From contig JANNVX010000098.1 in NCBI GenBank assembly GCA_031414595.1, forward strand, positions 96,001 through 160,000: a stretch of 64,000 nt of DNA, read 5' to 3'. The translations under genes were made by a program, and so were the position numbers. The stretch comes from Deinococcales bacterium. GTDB lineage: Bacteria; Deinococcota; Deinococci; Deinococcales; JAAFIG01. Below, in pieces: positions 1 through 9,518 of this stretch. Each line of letters starts with the position of its first letter. The stretch's first letter is position 1. The notes beneath the pieces were generated by a model. The model was not told the DNA's origin. It saw nothing but the letters and a program-made list of their open reading frames with translations, and did no database searches.

Positions 1-963
1 AATTTCGCCTAAGCGACTTGCCCCTTCGTCGGTCTCGAGCAGTTGGTGCAGAATATCCTCGCCTGTGGCTGCCCCCGCCACAATCGCTTTACCGTCCTTG
101 AAGGTCATGCGAATGCCATCTATGATTTGCCCATTAAACGATAATGGTTTGGTCGAACGCACTGAGCCGTTCACGCCATAACGGTGCGGCATGGTGAACA
201 CTTCTTCGGTGGGGATGTTCGGCACATACTGAATTGGCATGGGGTGCTTGGGGTTGCTGGTACGGCTCGAGCCTCCTTCCCACTTGTGCAGTTCGGGTAA
301 TTCAATGCTTAAGTCTGTGCCGGGGGCGTGTAACTCGAGACGGCGCAAATGTTGCTTGTTCAGGTAATCACGCCTGGCTTCAAGGTCGGTTAAATGGGTT
401 TGCCAAGCACTTACAGGGTCGGGTTGGTCAGCTCGAGAAACCATAAAAATGGCATCCCAGAGTTTTTCTAACCCCTCGGCTTGGGGGAGGTCTGGGAAAA
501 CCCGTTTAGACCAACTTGGCACGGCGTAAGCAATAATGCTCCAATTGACTTGTCCAGAACCAAATAATTCCATCACTTTTTTGCCACGCATCCCCATGGC
601 TCGCATCATCATCGAGACTCGGTTGGGGTCGGTGTGTTCAAAGGCGGCTGGGTCATTGGCAAGAATACTCAAGTAGGCATCGCCGCGCTCACAAGCGGAC
701 TCCATGGCTTGGTAACGAAGTTCTGAAACCTCGGATAAATTGGCTTCGGCACTGTGATTTAAGCGCTCTAAGGTGCTTAAATCATCCATCCAGATGGTAT
801 CCACCAAACTTGCCCCAGCTTTATAGGCAGCCCGAGCAATTAAACGCACAAGCGGCGCGGACTCGAGCGGTGCGCGAATGTACAAACGCTGATTGGGGTG
901 AATGTTATTGCCGATTCGTACTGCTAATGTCGCTAGGTTCTCGAGTTTTTGTTGGAAATCCAT
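1..963 (-). CDS. Aminopeptidase, M29 (AmpT/PepS-like) family; 3' end runs off the window
   Basis: Manual translation from ATG at 963: MDFQQKLENLATLAVRIGNNIHPNQRL...PNIPTEEVFTMP...LETDEGASRLGEI, with the typical M29 motifs NxPTEEVFT and DEGAxxLGE. Not in the ORF track because it is truncated. Confidence 0.9.
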   Translation of the reverse strand, partial: MDFQQKLENLATLAVRIGNNIHPNQRLYIRAPLESAPLVRLIARAAYKAGASLVDTIWMDDLSTLERLNHSAEANLSEVSELRYQAMESACERGDAYLSILANDPAAFEHTDPNRVSMMMRAMGMRGKKVMELFGSGQVNWSIIAYAVPSWSKRVFPDLPQAEGLEKLWDAIFMVSRADQPDPVSAWQTHLTDLEARRDYLNKQHLRRLELHAPGTDLSIELPELHKWEGGSSRTSNPKHPMPIQYVPNIPTEEVFTMPHRYGVNGSVRSTKPLSFNGQIIDGIRMTFKDGKAIVAGAATGEDILHQLLETDEGASRLGEI

Positions 964-1030
964 GAGACAGTCTAATCCCTGACAGATTGCGAAAACGTAG
1001 CCTAGGAGAAGTTCTCGAGTAGACTAAGCC

Positions 1031-1456
1031 ATGAACCCAGTACAGAGTATGCAAAATGCAATTGCAGCTGGTTGGCAAAAAGTCTTAGATGGCGTGTTGT
1101 CCTTAAATCCTGTACCAGAGGCACTTCGTCCGATACTTGGCTCGAGGTATTTTTGGTTTTTAATTTGGGTGGCGATTTTCTCGAGCCTAGGACGGAATTT
1201 ACTTGGAGAACGGTTTGGGGCGTGGCTGGGCGCAATTTTAGGCGGTTTAGTCTGGGCAAGTTTTATGCCTAAGCCAGAACTGGAATTAAGCGGTTTAGTG
1301 CTGGTGATGATTATTTTTCCTGTGCTGCTTGGTTGGTTCTCGAGAACCAAAATGGGGCAACGCACCCGAGGCGCAAAAACCTGTCCCGATTGCGCTGAGG
1401 AAATTAAAACCCAAGCCAAAGTTTGTAAGCACTGCGGTTTTCGTTTTGGTTCGTAA
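1031..1456 (+). CDS. Membrane protein with C-terminal zinc ribbon
   Basis: Three hydrophobic segments followed by KTCPDCAEEIKTQAKVCKHCG (CxxC..CxxC). Confidence 0.7.
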   Translation: MNPVQSMQNAIAAGWQKVLDGVLSLNPVPEALRPILGSRYFWFLIWVAIFSSLGRNLLGERFGAWLGAILGGLVWASFMPKPELELSGLVLVMIIFPVLLGWFSRTKMGQRTRGAKTCPDCAEEIKTQAKVCKHCGFRFGS

Positions 1457-1545
1457 ATGTTGCGTTCCACACATCACAGCCTAGCTGTTTGATGGTTGTG
1501 ATGATAACCCAAAAGCTGCATACTCGAGAACGGAGGAAAGTGTAC

Positions 1546-2088
1546 ATGCGTTTATACAATTTTTTATTTGTGTTGGTGCTGGTCTTGGTAATTATTTTTG
1601 CTTTTGCCAACATTGATTCCTTGCGTACCACAACCCAAGTTGTGATTCCTTTTTTTGGCAAACAAACCCTGCCAATGCGCTTATATGGTTGTGTCTCCCT
1701 GATTGTGTTAGCTGCTGTGTACAGCCTTCTTTGGTATCTCTCGAGTACCCGCCAAAAAGCCAAGAGCGCCGATTACCTGACCAAGCTCGAGGAAACCCGC
1801 CGCACCTTAGACGAAAAAGAAGCTGGGCGTTTTGCCCAATTGCAAGCCCAATTAGAAACAGCAACCCAAGACATTCTGGCTCGAGTTGGTGGGGTTGCGC
1901 CAGTCAAGAAAGGCTTATTCGCTGGGCTAACGCAAAAAGACGCACCCGTGCCGCTCCCCAGCACGGTGCAGAGTTTAGAAGGTTTGGTCGGACGCATCGA
2001 AAAAGTCCGCGATGAACTGGCAGCCGACATTGCCAGTTCAGAACACGAAATTCTGCAAGCCATCGAGACACTAAAAGACCGGCGTTAA
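1546..2088 (+). CDS. LapA/DUF1049-like membrane protein with coiled coil
   Basis: GGAGG RBS at 1532-1536 before ATG 1546; two TM helices with an 'FAFAN' motif, then coiled coil. Confidence 0.6.
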   Translation: MRLYNFLFVLVLVLVIIFAFANIDSLRTTTQVVIPFFGKQTLPMRLYGCVSLIVLAAVYSLLWYLSSTRQKAKSADYLTKLEETRRTLDEKEAGRFAQLQAQLETATQDILARVGGVAPVKKGLFAGLTQKDAPVPLPSTVQSLEGLVGRIEKVRDELAADIASSEHEILQAIETLKDRR

Positions 2089-3536
2089 AACACACTTCTC
2101 GAGATAAACCCTGCCATATCACTTGCCATTTGTACAAGGCTGGGCTGGTGAACGTACATCATATGTCCAGCTTGGTAATAGGTGGTCTCGAGGTTGCTTC
2201 TGAGGTGCGTGGGAATTGCTAAATGGTCAAACACATAGTCGGAAGCCCAGTACGGCGTAGCGAGGTCGTAGTAGCCATTTAAGACCATCACCCGCAGATT
2301 TGGATTCATGTTCATGGCTTTACGCAGGGTTTCGGCAACATTGACATATTTATTCTCGAATTCTTTGTATGACCACGGTTGCCAGACTTTCCAGCTTAGG
2401 ATTTCGTAGCTTGTATCGGTTTCAAAACCAAGTTCGGTGCGGACATACTGGTTAAAAGCAGCCGTATATGCGCCATAAATTGCGGCGTAACTCGGGTCGA
2501 ATTCAAAATGCTGTCCAGCAGAATCGCGGTCTGAAGCCTTAAATCTCGAGTCTAAGCGCCCAACGGTATTGCCTTGGTCACGCATCAGTTCTTTACAAAA
2601 GCGCATAATCTCGAGGCGTAAATCGGATCGCTCAACAAATTCACGGCTGACCCCTGTTAAACGCGAAACTTCACGCACCACTTTGTTCTTGGTTGTTTCA
2701 TCCAAACGATGTCCCTTAAAAAGTGCGGTTTGGTAGGTGTTTTGGGCAAAATTCTCGGCTTGGCGTAAGTGCGTCTCGAGCGATGTGCCTTTGGTTTTCC
2801 CATGATAATAGGCAGTCGCCGCAAAAGCCGGTAAGTAGAGGGTATGCGGTAAGTCGTTACCGAGTTCAAATTTGATGGTCGAAAAATCCAGCACCGTAGA
2901 AACCAGAATAATTCCGTTCAAATACATCCCGTGACGTTCTTGCAAGTAGCCTGCTAAACCACTCGCCCTTGTTGTGCCGTAGCTTTCACCAGCCAAGAAT
3001 TTAGGCGATAACCAACGGTTTTCTCTGGTGACAAACAAACGGATAAAATCACCAACCGACTCAATATCCCTACTAAAGCCATAAAAATCCTTGGCTTTTT
3101 CGCCTTTAATCACCCTCGAGAAACCCGTGCCAACTGGGTCAATAAAGACCAAATCGGAATGTTCTAAAAGCGTTTGGGCATTGTCCTCGAGACCAAACGG
3201 CGGCGGGGTGAGCGCATCAACATCACCCATGACGACTTTACGCGGACCAAACGCCCCCATGTGCAGCCAGACACTCGAGCTTCCGGGTCCGCCATTAAAA
3301 CAAAAAGTAATCGGACGGGCTTTATCTGCGCCGTTCAAGGTGTAGGCAATAAAAAACAGTTGGGCTTGGTCTTTGTCGCCCTCCGAAACCCCGTCTTTTT
3401 CGGATTCGGAACGCAAGATAATTGTTCCAGTTTTAGCGGTGTACTCGAGTTTTTTGCCGTTCAGCATCAAACTATGCTGAGTGACAACAATTTTATCCTC
3501 GAGCGGCGGGATAACCACTTTGGTTTCTTCGGGCAT
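2085..3536 (-). CDS. Serine carboxypeptidase, peptidase S10 family
   Basis: FNGGPGSSS, DPVGTGFS, GESYG (catalytic Ser), GYYDLATP and AGHMMY motifs. Confidence 0.92.
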   Translation of the reverse strand: MPEETKVVIPPLEDKIVVTQHSLMLNGKKLEYTAKTGTIILRSESEKDGVSEGDKDQAQLFFIAYTLNGADKARPITFCFNGGPGSSSVWLHMGAFGPRKVVMGDVDALTPPPFGLEDNAQTLLEHSDLVFIDPVGTGFSRVIKGEKAKDFYGFSRDIESVGDFIRLFVTRENRWLSPKFLAGESYGTTRASGLAGYLQERHGMYLNGIILVSTVLDFSTIKFELGNDLPHTLYLPAFAATAYYHGKTKGTSLETHLRQAENFAQNTYQTALFKGHRLDETTKNKVVREVSRLTGVSREFVERSDLRLEIMRFCKELMRDQGNTVGRLDSRFKASDRDSAGQHFEFDPSYAAIYGAYTAAFNQYVRTELGFETDTSYEILSWKVWQPWSYKEFENKYVNVAETLRKAMNMNPNLRVMVLNGYYDLATPYWASDYVFDHLAIPTHLRSNLETTYYQAGHMMYVHQPSLVQMASDMAGFISRSVF

Positions 3537-3547
3537 GAGGTATTCTA

Positions 3548-4003
3548 CTACGGTTTACCACGGTCACTCGAGTCAATAATAATCGTCACAGGACCGTCGT
3601 TCAGTAAACTAATTTTCATATCGGCTTGAAAAATCCCTTCTTGTACCTCGAGTTGCTGGTTACGTAGGGCTTCACAGAATTCTTTGTACAAACGCCGTCC
3701 ATCGTCGCTGCTGGCAGCTTCAATAAAACTTGGACGATTTCCGCCGCGAGTCTCGGCGTAGAGCGTAAATTGAGAGACTGCCAAAATCGCCCCACCAATC
3801 TGCTCGAGACTGAGGTTCATTTTACCAGCTTCGTCGTTGAAAACCCGTAACTTAGCGATTTTACGCGCTAAGTAATTGGCATCTTCCCTAGAATCGCTTT
3901 TTTTTACGCCAATCAGTACCAAAAAACCTTGTTCGATACTCGAGATGAGCTTATTGTCTACAGTCACACTGGCGCTAGTGACGCGCTGAATCACGGCTTT
4001 CAT
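3548..4003 (-). CDS. dtd: D-aminoacyl-tRNA deacylase
   Basis: MKAVIQRV start (ATG 4003), SQFTL and NDGPVT motifs. Confidence 0.96.
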   Translation of the reverse strand: MKAVIQRVTSASVTVDNKLISSIEQGFLVLIGVKKSDSREDANYLARKIAKLRVFNDEAGKMNLSLEQIGGAILAVSQFTLYAETRGGNRPSFIEAASSDDGRRLYKEFCEALRNQQLEVQEGIFQADMKISLLNDGPVTIIIDSSDRGKP

Positions 4004-4004
4004 C

Positions 4005-4277
4005 TCATGCCTCGGCTTTCTCGAGTGGTGAGTTAGCAAGCAGTGTACTGACGCTGCTGACCGCTTCGGTTAAGGTCTTGGCTTCTTCGGCGTTTAAGTT
4101 GCCTCGGGTTTTAATTGCCAGCATCTCGAGCAGGCGCAAACTGCGTTCGGCGGTTGTGCGGTTACGGCTGACACCATCGCGGTTCATACGGGCGGTCAGG
4201 GCATTGAATTGTCCTAAACTGGTTTCGGCGGCGGCTGTCAAACTATGGATTAAACCCAGAAAATCGGTGTTGGTCAT
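4005..4277 (-). CDS. DUF1844 family protein
   Basis: FLGLIHSL...LLEMLAIKTRGNLNAEEAK pattern; directly upstream of dtd. Confidence 0.75.
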   Translation of the reverse strand: MTNTDFLGLIHSLTAAAETSLGQFNALTARMNRDGVSRNRTTAERSLRLLEMLAIKTRGNLNAEEAKTLTEAVSSVSTLLANSPLEKAEA

Positions 4278-4367
4278 GAAAGGAGATTATCAAATTTTAC
4301 TGCCTCAAGTGCAAAACGAAACTTAAAGCACATCTTAACGTGTGCTTGCTTACGAAAATACGCTGGT

Positions 4368-5120
4368 TTGACCAGTACAGTGCTGGATGTGATTGCCCAA
4401 ACGCCTCTGAAGCCAAAATTTCAAATTCCTTTTCTGGTCTGGATGTACCTTGGGGTGATTGTTTTCTTGGGTGGATTGTACTTATTTGTCCCCAGTGTCC
4501 GTGTTTTTGTGACCCAATGCTTTGAAATTCTGGTCAGCAATGACCGTGGGCGTATCGAAACTTTTGTGGCGGGTTTTGGCTGGTGGGGACCGGTTTTAAT
4601 CATTGGCATGATGATTGCCCAAACGCTCTTAAGTGCCGTACCAATGATTCTGGTGTTGGTGGTGTCGGTACTGGCGTATGGTCCGATTTGGGGCGGCTTA
4701 CTCGGGTGGTGCGGCGCAATGATTGCAGCGATGGTTGGCTACGGGATTGCTCGAGTCTTTGGGGATACTTTACAAGATAAATTTGTGACCCCTAAAATTA
4801 GGGATATTATAGCCCGTAATGTTGCCAGATACGGCGCATTGGCAATTCTGGCGCTGCGTTTATCGCCACTGATTCCATCAGATGGTGTAAGTTTTGTGGC
4901 GGGTTTACTGCGAATGAACTTTGTGACTTTTCTGCTGGGAACGCTTAGCGGTGTTACCCCTTTGGTGATGGTCGTGGCGTATTTTGGCAGTGATTTTGAA
5001 CGCTTGACTGGTTTTGTTATTGGTGTGACGATTTTTAGTTTAACTGCTCTGATTTCATGGGTGATTTACGATGGGTTCATCAAACGCAAGAAGAATATCC
5101 AGCCTGTTGAATACAAATAA
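4368..5120 (+). CDS. TVP38/TMEM64 (VTT/DedA-like) membrane protein
   Basis: YGPIWGGLLGWCGA and LRLSPLIPSDGVSFVAGL motifs; highly hydrophobic. Confidence 0.85.
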   Translation: MTSTVLDVIAQTPLKPKFQIPFLVWMYLGVIVFLGGLYLFVPSVRVFVTQCFEILVSNDRGRIETFVAGFGWWGPVLIIGMMIAQTLLSAVPMILVLVVSVLAYGPIWGGLLGWCGAMIAAMVGYGIARVFGDTLQDKFVTPKIRDIIARNVARYGALAILALRLSPLIPSDGVSFVAGLLRMNFVTFLLGTLSGVTPLVMVVAYFGSDFERLTGFVIGVTIFSLTALISWVIYDGFIKRKKNIQPVEYK

Positions 5121-5136
5121 CGCTAAGTTTTTATGT

Positions 5137-8100
5137 TCATTCGCTCGAGAGTTGTGCCAATAATTTTGCTTGTTCTAAAACAGTATTTGTCGCTGCTTCT
5201 TGTTGCTCTGGTGGATAGCCATACTTACGCAGTACCCGTTTAACCAAACGTCGTAAATTTGCTTGGACTTGTTCACGTACCGCCCAATCAATCGTGGTGT
5301 TATTACGAACAGTTTGTGCTACTTCTAAGGCAATGGTTCGCAGCACATCATCTGCCATGATTTGGTTAGAATCACCGTCTTGCAAGGCATCATAAAAGGC
5401 AATTTCATCCTCGGCAAGCCCCAATGTCTCACTTCGGCTCTGCACATCACGGTAGGCTCGAGCCAAGGCAATTAATTCCTCAATCACTTGGGCGGTTTCT
5501 ATCGCCCGATTCTGATACTTTAACAACGCAGCCTCGAGTTTTTGCGAAAAAGCCTTGGATTGAACCAAATTGCGTTTAGACCCTGTTTTAACTTCATCTT
5601 TCATTAAACGCTCGAGCAGTTCCACGGCTAAATTACGTTGCGGCATATTCTGAACTTCTGCTAGAAATGATTCAGATAAAATACTGATGTCGGGTTTTTT
5701 TAAGCCAGCCGCCGCGAAAATATCAATCACGCCTTCGGGAGCAACCGCACGTTCAACCAAGCGCTGAATTGCATCGTGCAAATCTGAACTGGCAGCTTGA
5801 CTACTTGTTCCGACACGTTTCTCGAAGGTCGCACGCACGGTTTGAAAAAATACAATTTCTTGACGCAATACAAGAGCTTCCTCGAGCGGCACAGATAACG
5901 CAAAGGCTTTCGCCAGTTCAAGCGAGGCTTTAATCAGGCGCTCCTTACCTTTTACTCGGTCTTGAGCCAAAATAAAATCCTGAGCTTCGGGCAGAATTGC
6001 CACGCGGTCAGACGGTGAACCGCTCATAAAATCCGAGTAATCAAAACCATGAAATAAACCACGGCAAATCGAAAGTTTTTCTTGTAAAACCGCAAAAGCT
6101 GCTTCTTGGTCAAGGGTTGGTGCGCCCTGACCGCCGCTACTGGTGTACGTGACCAGTGCCTCACGCAAATTATTGGCTAAACCAAGGTAATCCACCACCA
6201 AACCACCGGGCTTATTACTAAAAACCCGATTGACTCGAGCGATTGCCTGCATTAACCCATGACCACGCATTGGTTTATCCAAGTACATCGTGTGCAAACA
6301 AGGCACATCAAAACCTGTCAGCCACATATCACGCACAATCACCAATTTAAGATTTGAACGATCATCCCGAAAATGCTCGGCAATCGCACGCTGTCGCGCT
6401 TTAGAACGAATATGCGGCTGCCAATTGTCAGGGTCAGAAGCTGCGCCTGTCATCACCACTTTAAGCACACCATCGGTATCGGTTGCGCCAAACCACGCAG
6501 GACGAAGTTTAATCAGTTCATTGTACAAATCCACACAAATACGGCGACTCATACAGACAATCATGCCTTTACCAAGCAGCACTTCTTGCCGAGCTTCAAA
6601 ATGCTGAACTAAATCGGCGGCAATTTGCTCGAGCCGTTTTTTCGTACCAATCAGCGCCTCGAGTTGCGCCCATTTGGATTTTAGTTTTTCTTTACTAAAA
6701 GCCTCTTCTCCTTCGGTTACTTCTTCAAAACCATCATCTAAACGCGGTTTTTCCGACTCGAGCAAATCGAGTTTGGCTAACCTGGACTCATAATAAATCG
6801 GCACAGTTGCGCCATCATCCACTGCCCGTTGCACATCATAAATGTCTATGTACTCACCAAAAATACCACGGGTATTCTTATCGGTACTTTCGACTGGTGT
6901 ACCCGTAAAACCAAGAAACGTGGCATTTGGTAAGGCATCGCGCACATTTTGGGCAAATCCATAACGCAAATCGCCTGTTTGCAAATCCACTTTGGCTTCA
7001 AACCCATACTGGCTACGATGCGCTTCATCGGCAATCACCACGATATTGCGCCGAGGCGACAATTGCGGGAATTTATCACCGCGTTCTTCGGGTAAAAATT
7101 TTTGAATCGTGGTAAAAACCACACCGCCCGCTTCACGCTCGAGCAACAGCCGTAAGTCTGCCCTGTTACCCGCTTGCACAGGGGTTTGACGCAGTAAATC
7201 CTTGCACCTCGAGAAAGTCCCAAACAGTTGGTCGTCTAAATCGTTACGGTCGGTTAAAATGACAATGGTTGGGCTTGCCAGTGCTGCGCTCTGCACCAAG
7301 CCACCCGCAAAGAACACCATCGTTAAACTCTTACCACTTCCTTGGGTATGCCAAACCACACCGCCCTTACCATCACCAATTGCGCTCGAAGCTGCCACGG
7401 TACTTTGCAAGGCTTTTTGCACCGCAAAAAACTGATGATACGCTGCAATTTTCTTATTAATACTCGAGCCGAAATCCTCGAACACAATAAAACCACGCAA
7501 AAACGCCAGTAAGCGCGAGCGTTCAAACACACCCTTAATCAAAGTCTCGAGCGATTCAGACAGCAACTCCGTACCAGACACGGTTTTCCACGGCACAAAA
7601 CGCTCCATTTCTGCGCCAACACAACCAAGCCGTGCCTGCACCCCATCGGAAATGACCAGCAGGGCATTAAAAATAAACAACCGACTAATCTGGTTCTGAT
7701 AGGTTCTAAGCTGCTGATAGGCATTTTCGATGGTGGCTTTACTGTCCGCCGCGTTTTTAAGTTCAATTACGGCAATTGGTAAACCGTTCAGGTAAACCAC
7801 AACATCTGGGCGGCGGTTAATCTGCCCATCTATCACCGTTAATTGATTGACCACCAACCAATTGTTGGCATCTGGATTTTGCCAATCTACCAGCCGCACC
7901 AAAAAACCACGCAGCCCACCATCTTGCAGCACCTCGGTTTCGACACCCTCGGCAAGCAACTTATGAAACGCCCGATTGTTTTGCATTAATGCCGGAAATT
8001 CAGGCGTAGACACACGCCGCACGGCTTCCTCGAGCGCCAAATCTGGGGCAGTTGGATTCAAACGCCGCAACGCATCCCGCAAACGCCCAAGCAGTAATAC

Positions 8101-8232
8101 TTCACGAAAAGATCCGCGTTCGGCACATTTTTCTTCTGGCGCAATACTCGGACCAAATTCGTACTCGTAACCAAGACCGCGCAACCACTCGAGCGAGGCT
8201 TGTTCAACAGTATTTTCGTTAAAAGAAGGCAT
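5137..8232 (-). CDS. hsdR: Type I restriction enzyme, R subunit
   Basis: [20 protein letters not shown] nuclease motif, [34 protein letters not shown]. Confidence 0.97.
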   Translation of the reverse strand: MPSFNENTVEQASLEWLRGLGYEYEFGPSIAPEEKCAERGSFREVLLLGRLRDALRRLNPTAPDLALEEAVRRVSTPEFPALMQNNRAFHKLLAEGVETEVLQDGGLRGFLVRLVDWQNPDANNWLVVNQLTVIDGQINRRPDVVVYLNGLPIAVIELKNAADSKATIENAYQQLRTYQNQISRLFIFNALLVISDGVQARLGCVGAEMERFVPWKTVSGTELLSESLETLIKGVFERSRLLAFLRGFIVFEDFGSSINKKIAAYHQFFAVQKALQSTVAASSAIGDGKGGVVWHTQGSGKSLTMVFFAGGLVQSAALASPTIVILTDRNDLDDQLFGTFSRCKDLLRQTPVQAGNRADLRLLLEREAGGVVFTTIQKFLPEERGDKFPQLSPRRNIVVIADEAHRSQYGFEAKVDLQTGDLRYGFAQNVRDALPNATFLGFTGTPVESTDKNTRGIFGEYIDIYDVQRAVDDGATVPIYYESRLAKLDLLESEKPRLDDGFEEVTEGEEAFSKEKLKSKWAQLEALIGTKKRLEQIAADLVQHFEARQEVLLGKGMIVCMSRRICVDLYNELIKLRPAWFGATDTDGVLKVVMTGAASDPDNWQPHIRSKARQRAIAEHFRDDRSNLKLVIVRDMWLTGFDVPCLHTMYLDKPMRGHGLMQAIARVNRVFSNKPGGLVVDYLGLANNLREALVTYTSSGGQGAPTLDQEAAFAVLQEKLSICRGLFHGFDYSDFMSGSPSDRVAILPEAQDFILAQDRVKGKERLIKASLELAKAFALSVPLEEALVLRQEIVFFQTVRATFEKRVGTSSQAASSDLHDAIQRLVERAVAPEGVIDIFAAAGLKKPDISILSESFLAEVQNMPQRNLAVELLERLMKDEVKTGSKRNLVQSKAFSQKLEAALLKYQNRAIETAQVIEELIALARAYRDVQSRSETLGLAEDEIAFYDALQDGDSNQIMADDVLRTIALEVAQTVRNNTTIDWAVREQVQANLRRLVKRVLRKYGYPPEQQEAATNTVLEQAKLLAQLSSE

Positions 8233-8252
8233 TAAAAAAGATTATCGCACAT

Positions 8253-8281
8253 TTGCAGCACAAGACAGATTTTGCTATAAT
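8253..8281 (+). promoter_or_regulatory. Putative sigma70 promoter pointing toward the higA 3' end, divergent from hsdR
   Basis: TTGCAG (8253-8258), 17-bp spacer, TGcTATAAT extended -10 (TATAAT at 8276-8281). Confidence 0.55.
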
Positions 8282-8320
8282 TTTTGTAGTCTCATCTACC
8301 AAGCTGTAGAAAGAGCGTTC

Positions 8321-8351
8321 GGGGTCGTCCAAAAGGGCGACCCTAGTTTTT
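8321..8351 (+). terminator. Hairpin/terminator at the higA stop
   Basis: GGGTCGTCC-AAAA-GGGCGACCC stem followed by TAGTTTTT. Confidence 0.55.
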
Positions 8352-8609
8352 AGAATTCTCGAGTTGATGTGCCTTCGTGAGCGCAAACTGACTCTCGAGA
8401 TTAAGCCAAAAGACGGCTGGCACACGCAAAGCCACCTCTAATTGCAAAGCGGTTTCTGGTGTAATGGACTTTGTACCCTGAATAATTTCGTTAATTGCTG
8501 TGGCAGGTCTGCCCATGCGCCGTGCCAAATCAGCTTGGGTCATACCAAAGCCCTCTAAAATCTCAGCAATGTACTTACCTGGAGCAATAGCCAAATCCGA
8601 GTACAACAC
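8343..8609 (-). CDS. higA: HigA-family (XRE HTH) addiction-module antidote; no cognate toxin adjacent
   Basis: GGAGGTGA RBS then GTG at 8609; AIAPGKYIAEIL..GMTQADLARRMGRP..INEII.G.KSITPETALQLE..FWLNLE is the HigA signature. Confidence 0.85.
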   Translation of the reverse strand: MLYSDLAIAPGKYIAEILEGFGMTQADLARRMGRPATAINEIIQGTKSITPETALQLEVALRVPAVFWLNLESQFALTKAHQLENSKN

Positions 8610-8613
8610 GTTA

Positions 8614-8745
8614 TCACCTCCTCGAGTCAAACCAAACGATGAACATCCAATTCCCCAGAAAGCAATTTGGGAAGCAAAAAATCTCGAGCGTAGCTTGTTC
8701 AACAGTATTTTCGTCAAAAGAAGGCATTGCAAAGATTATCGCACA
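8614..8745 (-). pseudogene. Chimeric remnant: duplicated hsdR 5' end fused at CTCGAG to a duplicated hsdS 3' end
   Basis: 8683-8745 matches 8188-8251 (hsdR start; MPSFDENTVEQATLE vs [15 protein letters not shown]). 8614-8688 matches 9506-9580 at 65/75 nt (hsdS end; RDFLLPKLLSGELDVHRLV* vs RDSLLPKLLSGELDVGNLV*). The two overlap at CTCGAG 8683-8688. Confidence 0.9.
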
Positions 8746-8754
8746 AAAGAAAAA

Positions 8755-9372
8755 TCACCATGTTGTTGGCTTCAGAATTAGAGTACCTAAACCACCCACA
8801 ACAGAATTCGGCAATTGAGCCTTAGATAACTTATCAAGGGGTAACGTAGCGTTCTTATCAGCAGCACTTCGTAATTCTCGAGCCGCCCCACGCATTTTAT
8901 CTCGAGCAGGAACGTAGACCGTTATTTTTATACTCGGAAAACGCTGTTTAATCAACCGTATTGTTGGCACAAGATCAGAATCACCACTGACCAAAACCAT
9001 ACGATCACACAAACCCCTGTACGCATCATCTAACATTCGCAAAGCAATGTTGACATCCGTACCTTTTTCCTCTGGCATCTGAAATTCTTTAAGCCCACCA
9101 AAAGAACAACCTGAAACACGACACTTCACTTTTTTAGTTTTGAATAAACCATATTCAATTTGCAACTTCTGAGAAGCAGCTTCAAGCGCTTGCAAGTAAG
9201 TTGTTTGGTCAGGAGTACCTGTTCGAGCCGTAAAATACCAAACTTGCTGAATGATGTCATCTTGTCGAATCAAACTAAATAATTTCTCGAGGTCAAGCCA
9301 TTTTTCAGACGAACCTTTTAACGCTCCGTAGTACAAGTTGAAACCATCAATATAAATAATACTTCGATTCAT
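8755..9372 (-). CDS. NYN domain (LabA/DUF88, PIN-like) putative ribonuclease
   Basis: IYIDGFNLYYG, EEKGTDVNIA and LVSGDSDLVP motifs with the acidic catalytic residues intact. Confidence 0.9.
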   Translation of the reverse strand: MNRSIIYIDGFNLYYGALKGSSEKWLDLEKLFSLIRQDDIIQQVWYFTARTGTPDQTTYLQALEAASQKLQIEYGLFKTKKVKCRVSGCSFGGLKEFQMPEEKGTDVNIALRMLDDAYRGLCDRMVLVSGDSDLVPTIRLIKQRFPSIKITVYVPARDKMRGAARELRSAADKNATLPLDKLSKAQLPNSVVGGLGTLILKPTTW

Positions 9373-9397
9373 TCTGTTATGTCCTAAATCAACTTAT

Positions 9398-9448
9398 AAA
9401 AAAAAGGCAGCCACTGGAGCTGCCCAACCGGTTGCCCGGGGAGTTGTG
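9398..9448 (-). ncRNA. Candidate ~50-nt structured RNA with intrinsic terminator upstream of the NYN gene
   Basis: Minus strand: ACAACUCC-CCGG-GCAA-CCGG-UUG-GGCAGC-UCCAGUG-GCUGCC-U8. A GNRA-capped hairpin plus a terminator hairpin, lying between the promoter and the NYN RBS. Confidence 0.55.
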
Positions 9449-9453
9449 ACAAG

Positions 9454-9482
9454 AATCTACAAGAAGCATCTTGATTTGTCAA
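9454..9482 (-). promoter_or_regulatory. Sigma70-type promoter of the RNA/NYN unit
   Basis: TTGACA (9482-9477), 17-bp spacer, TAGATT (9459-9454). Confidence 0.7.
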
Positions 9483-9518
9483 CTAACCAAGATGCTCACA
9501 AATGCTCACCTCCTCGAG

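Noticed and set aside
8610-8732. N-terminal 41 aa of the 129-aa HigA ORF in the track
   Set aside because: It is read-through across the hsdR/hsdS remnants; the RBS supports GTG 8609.
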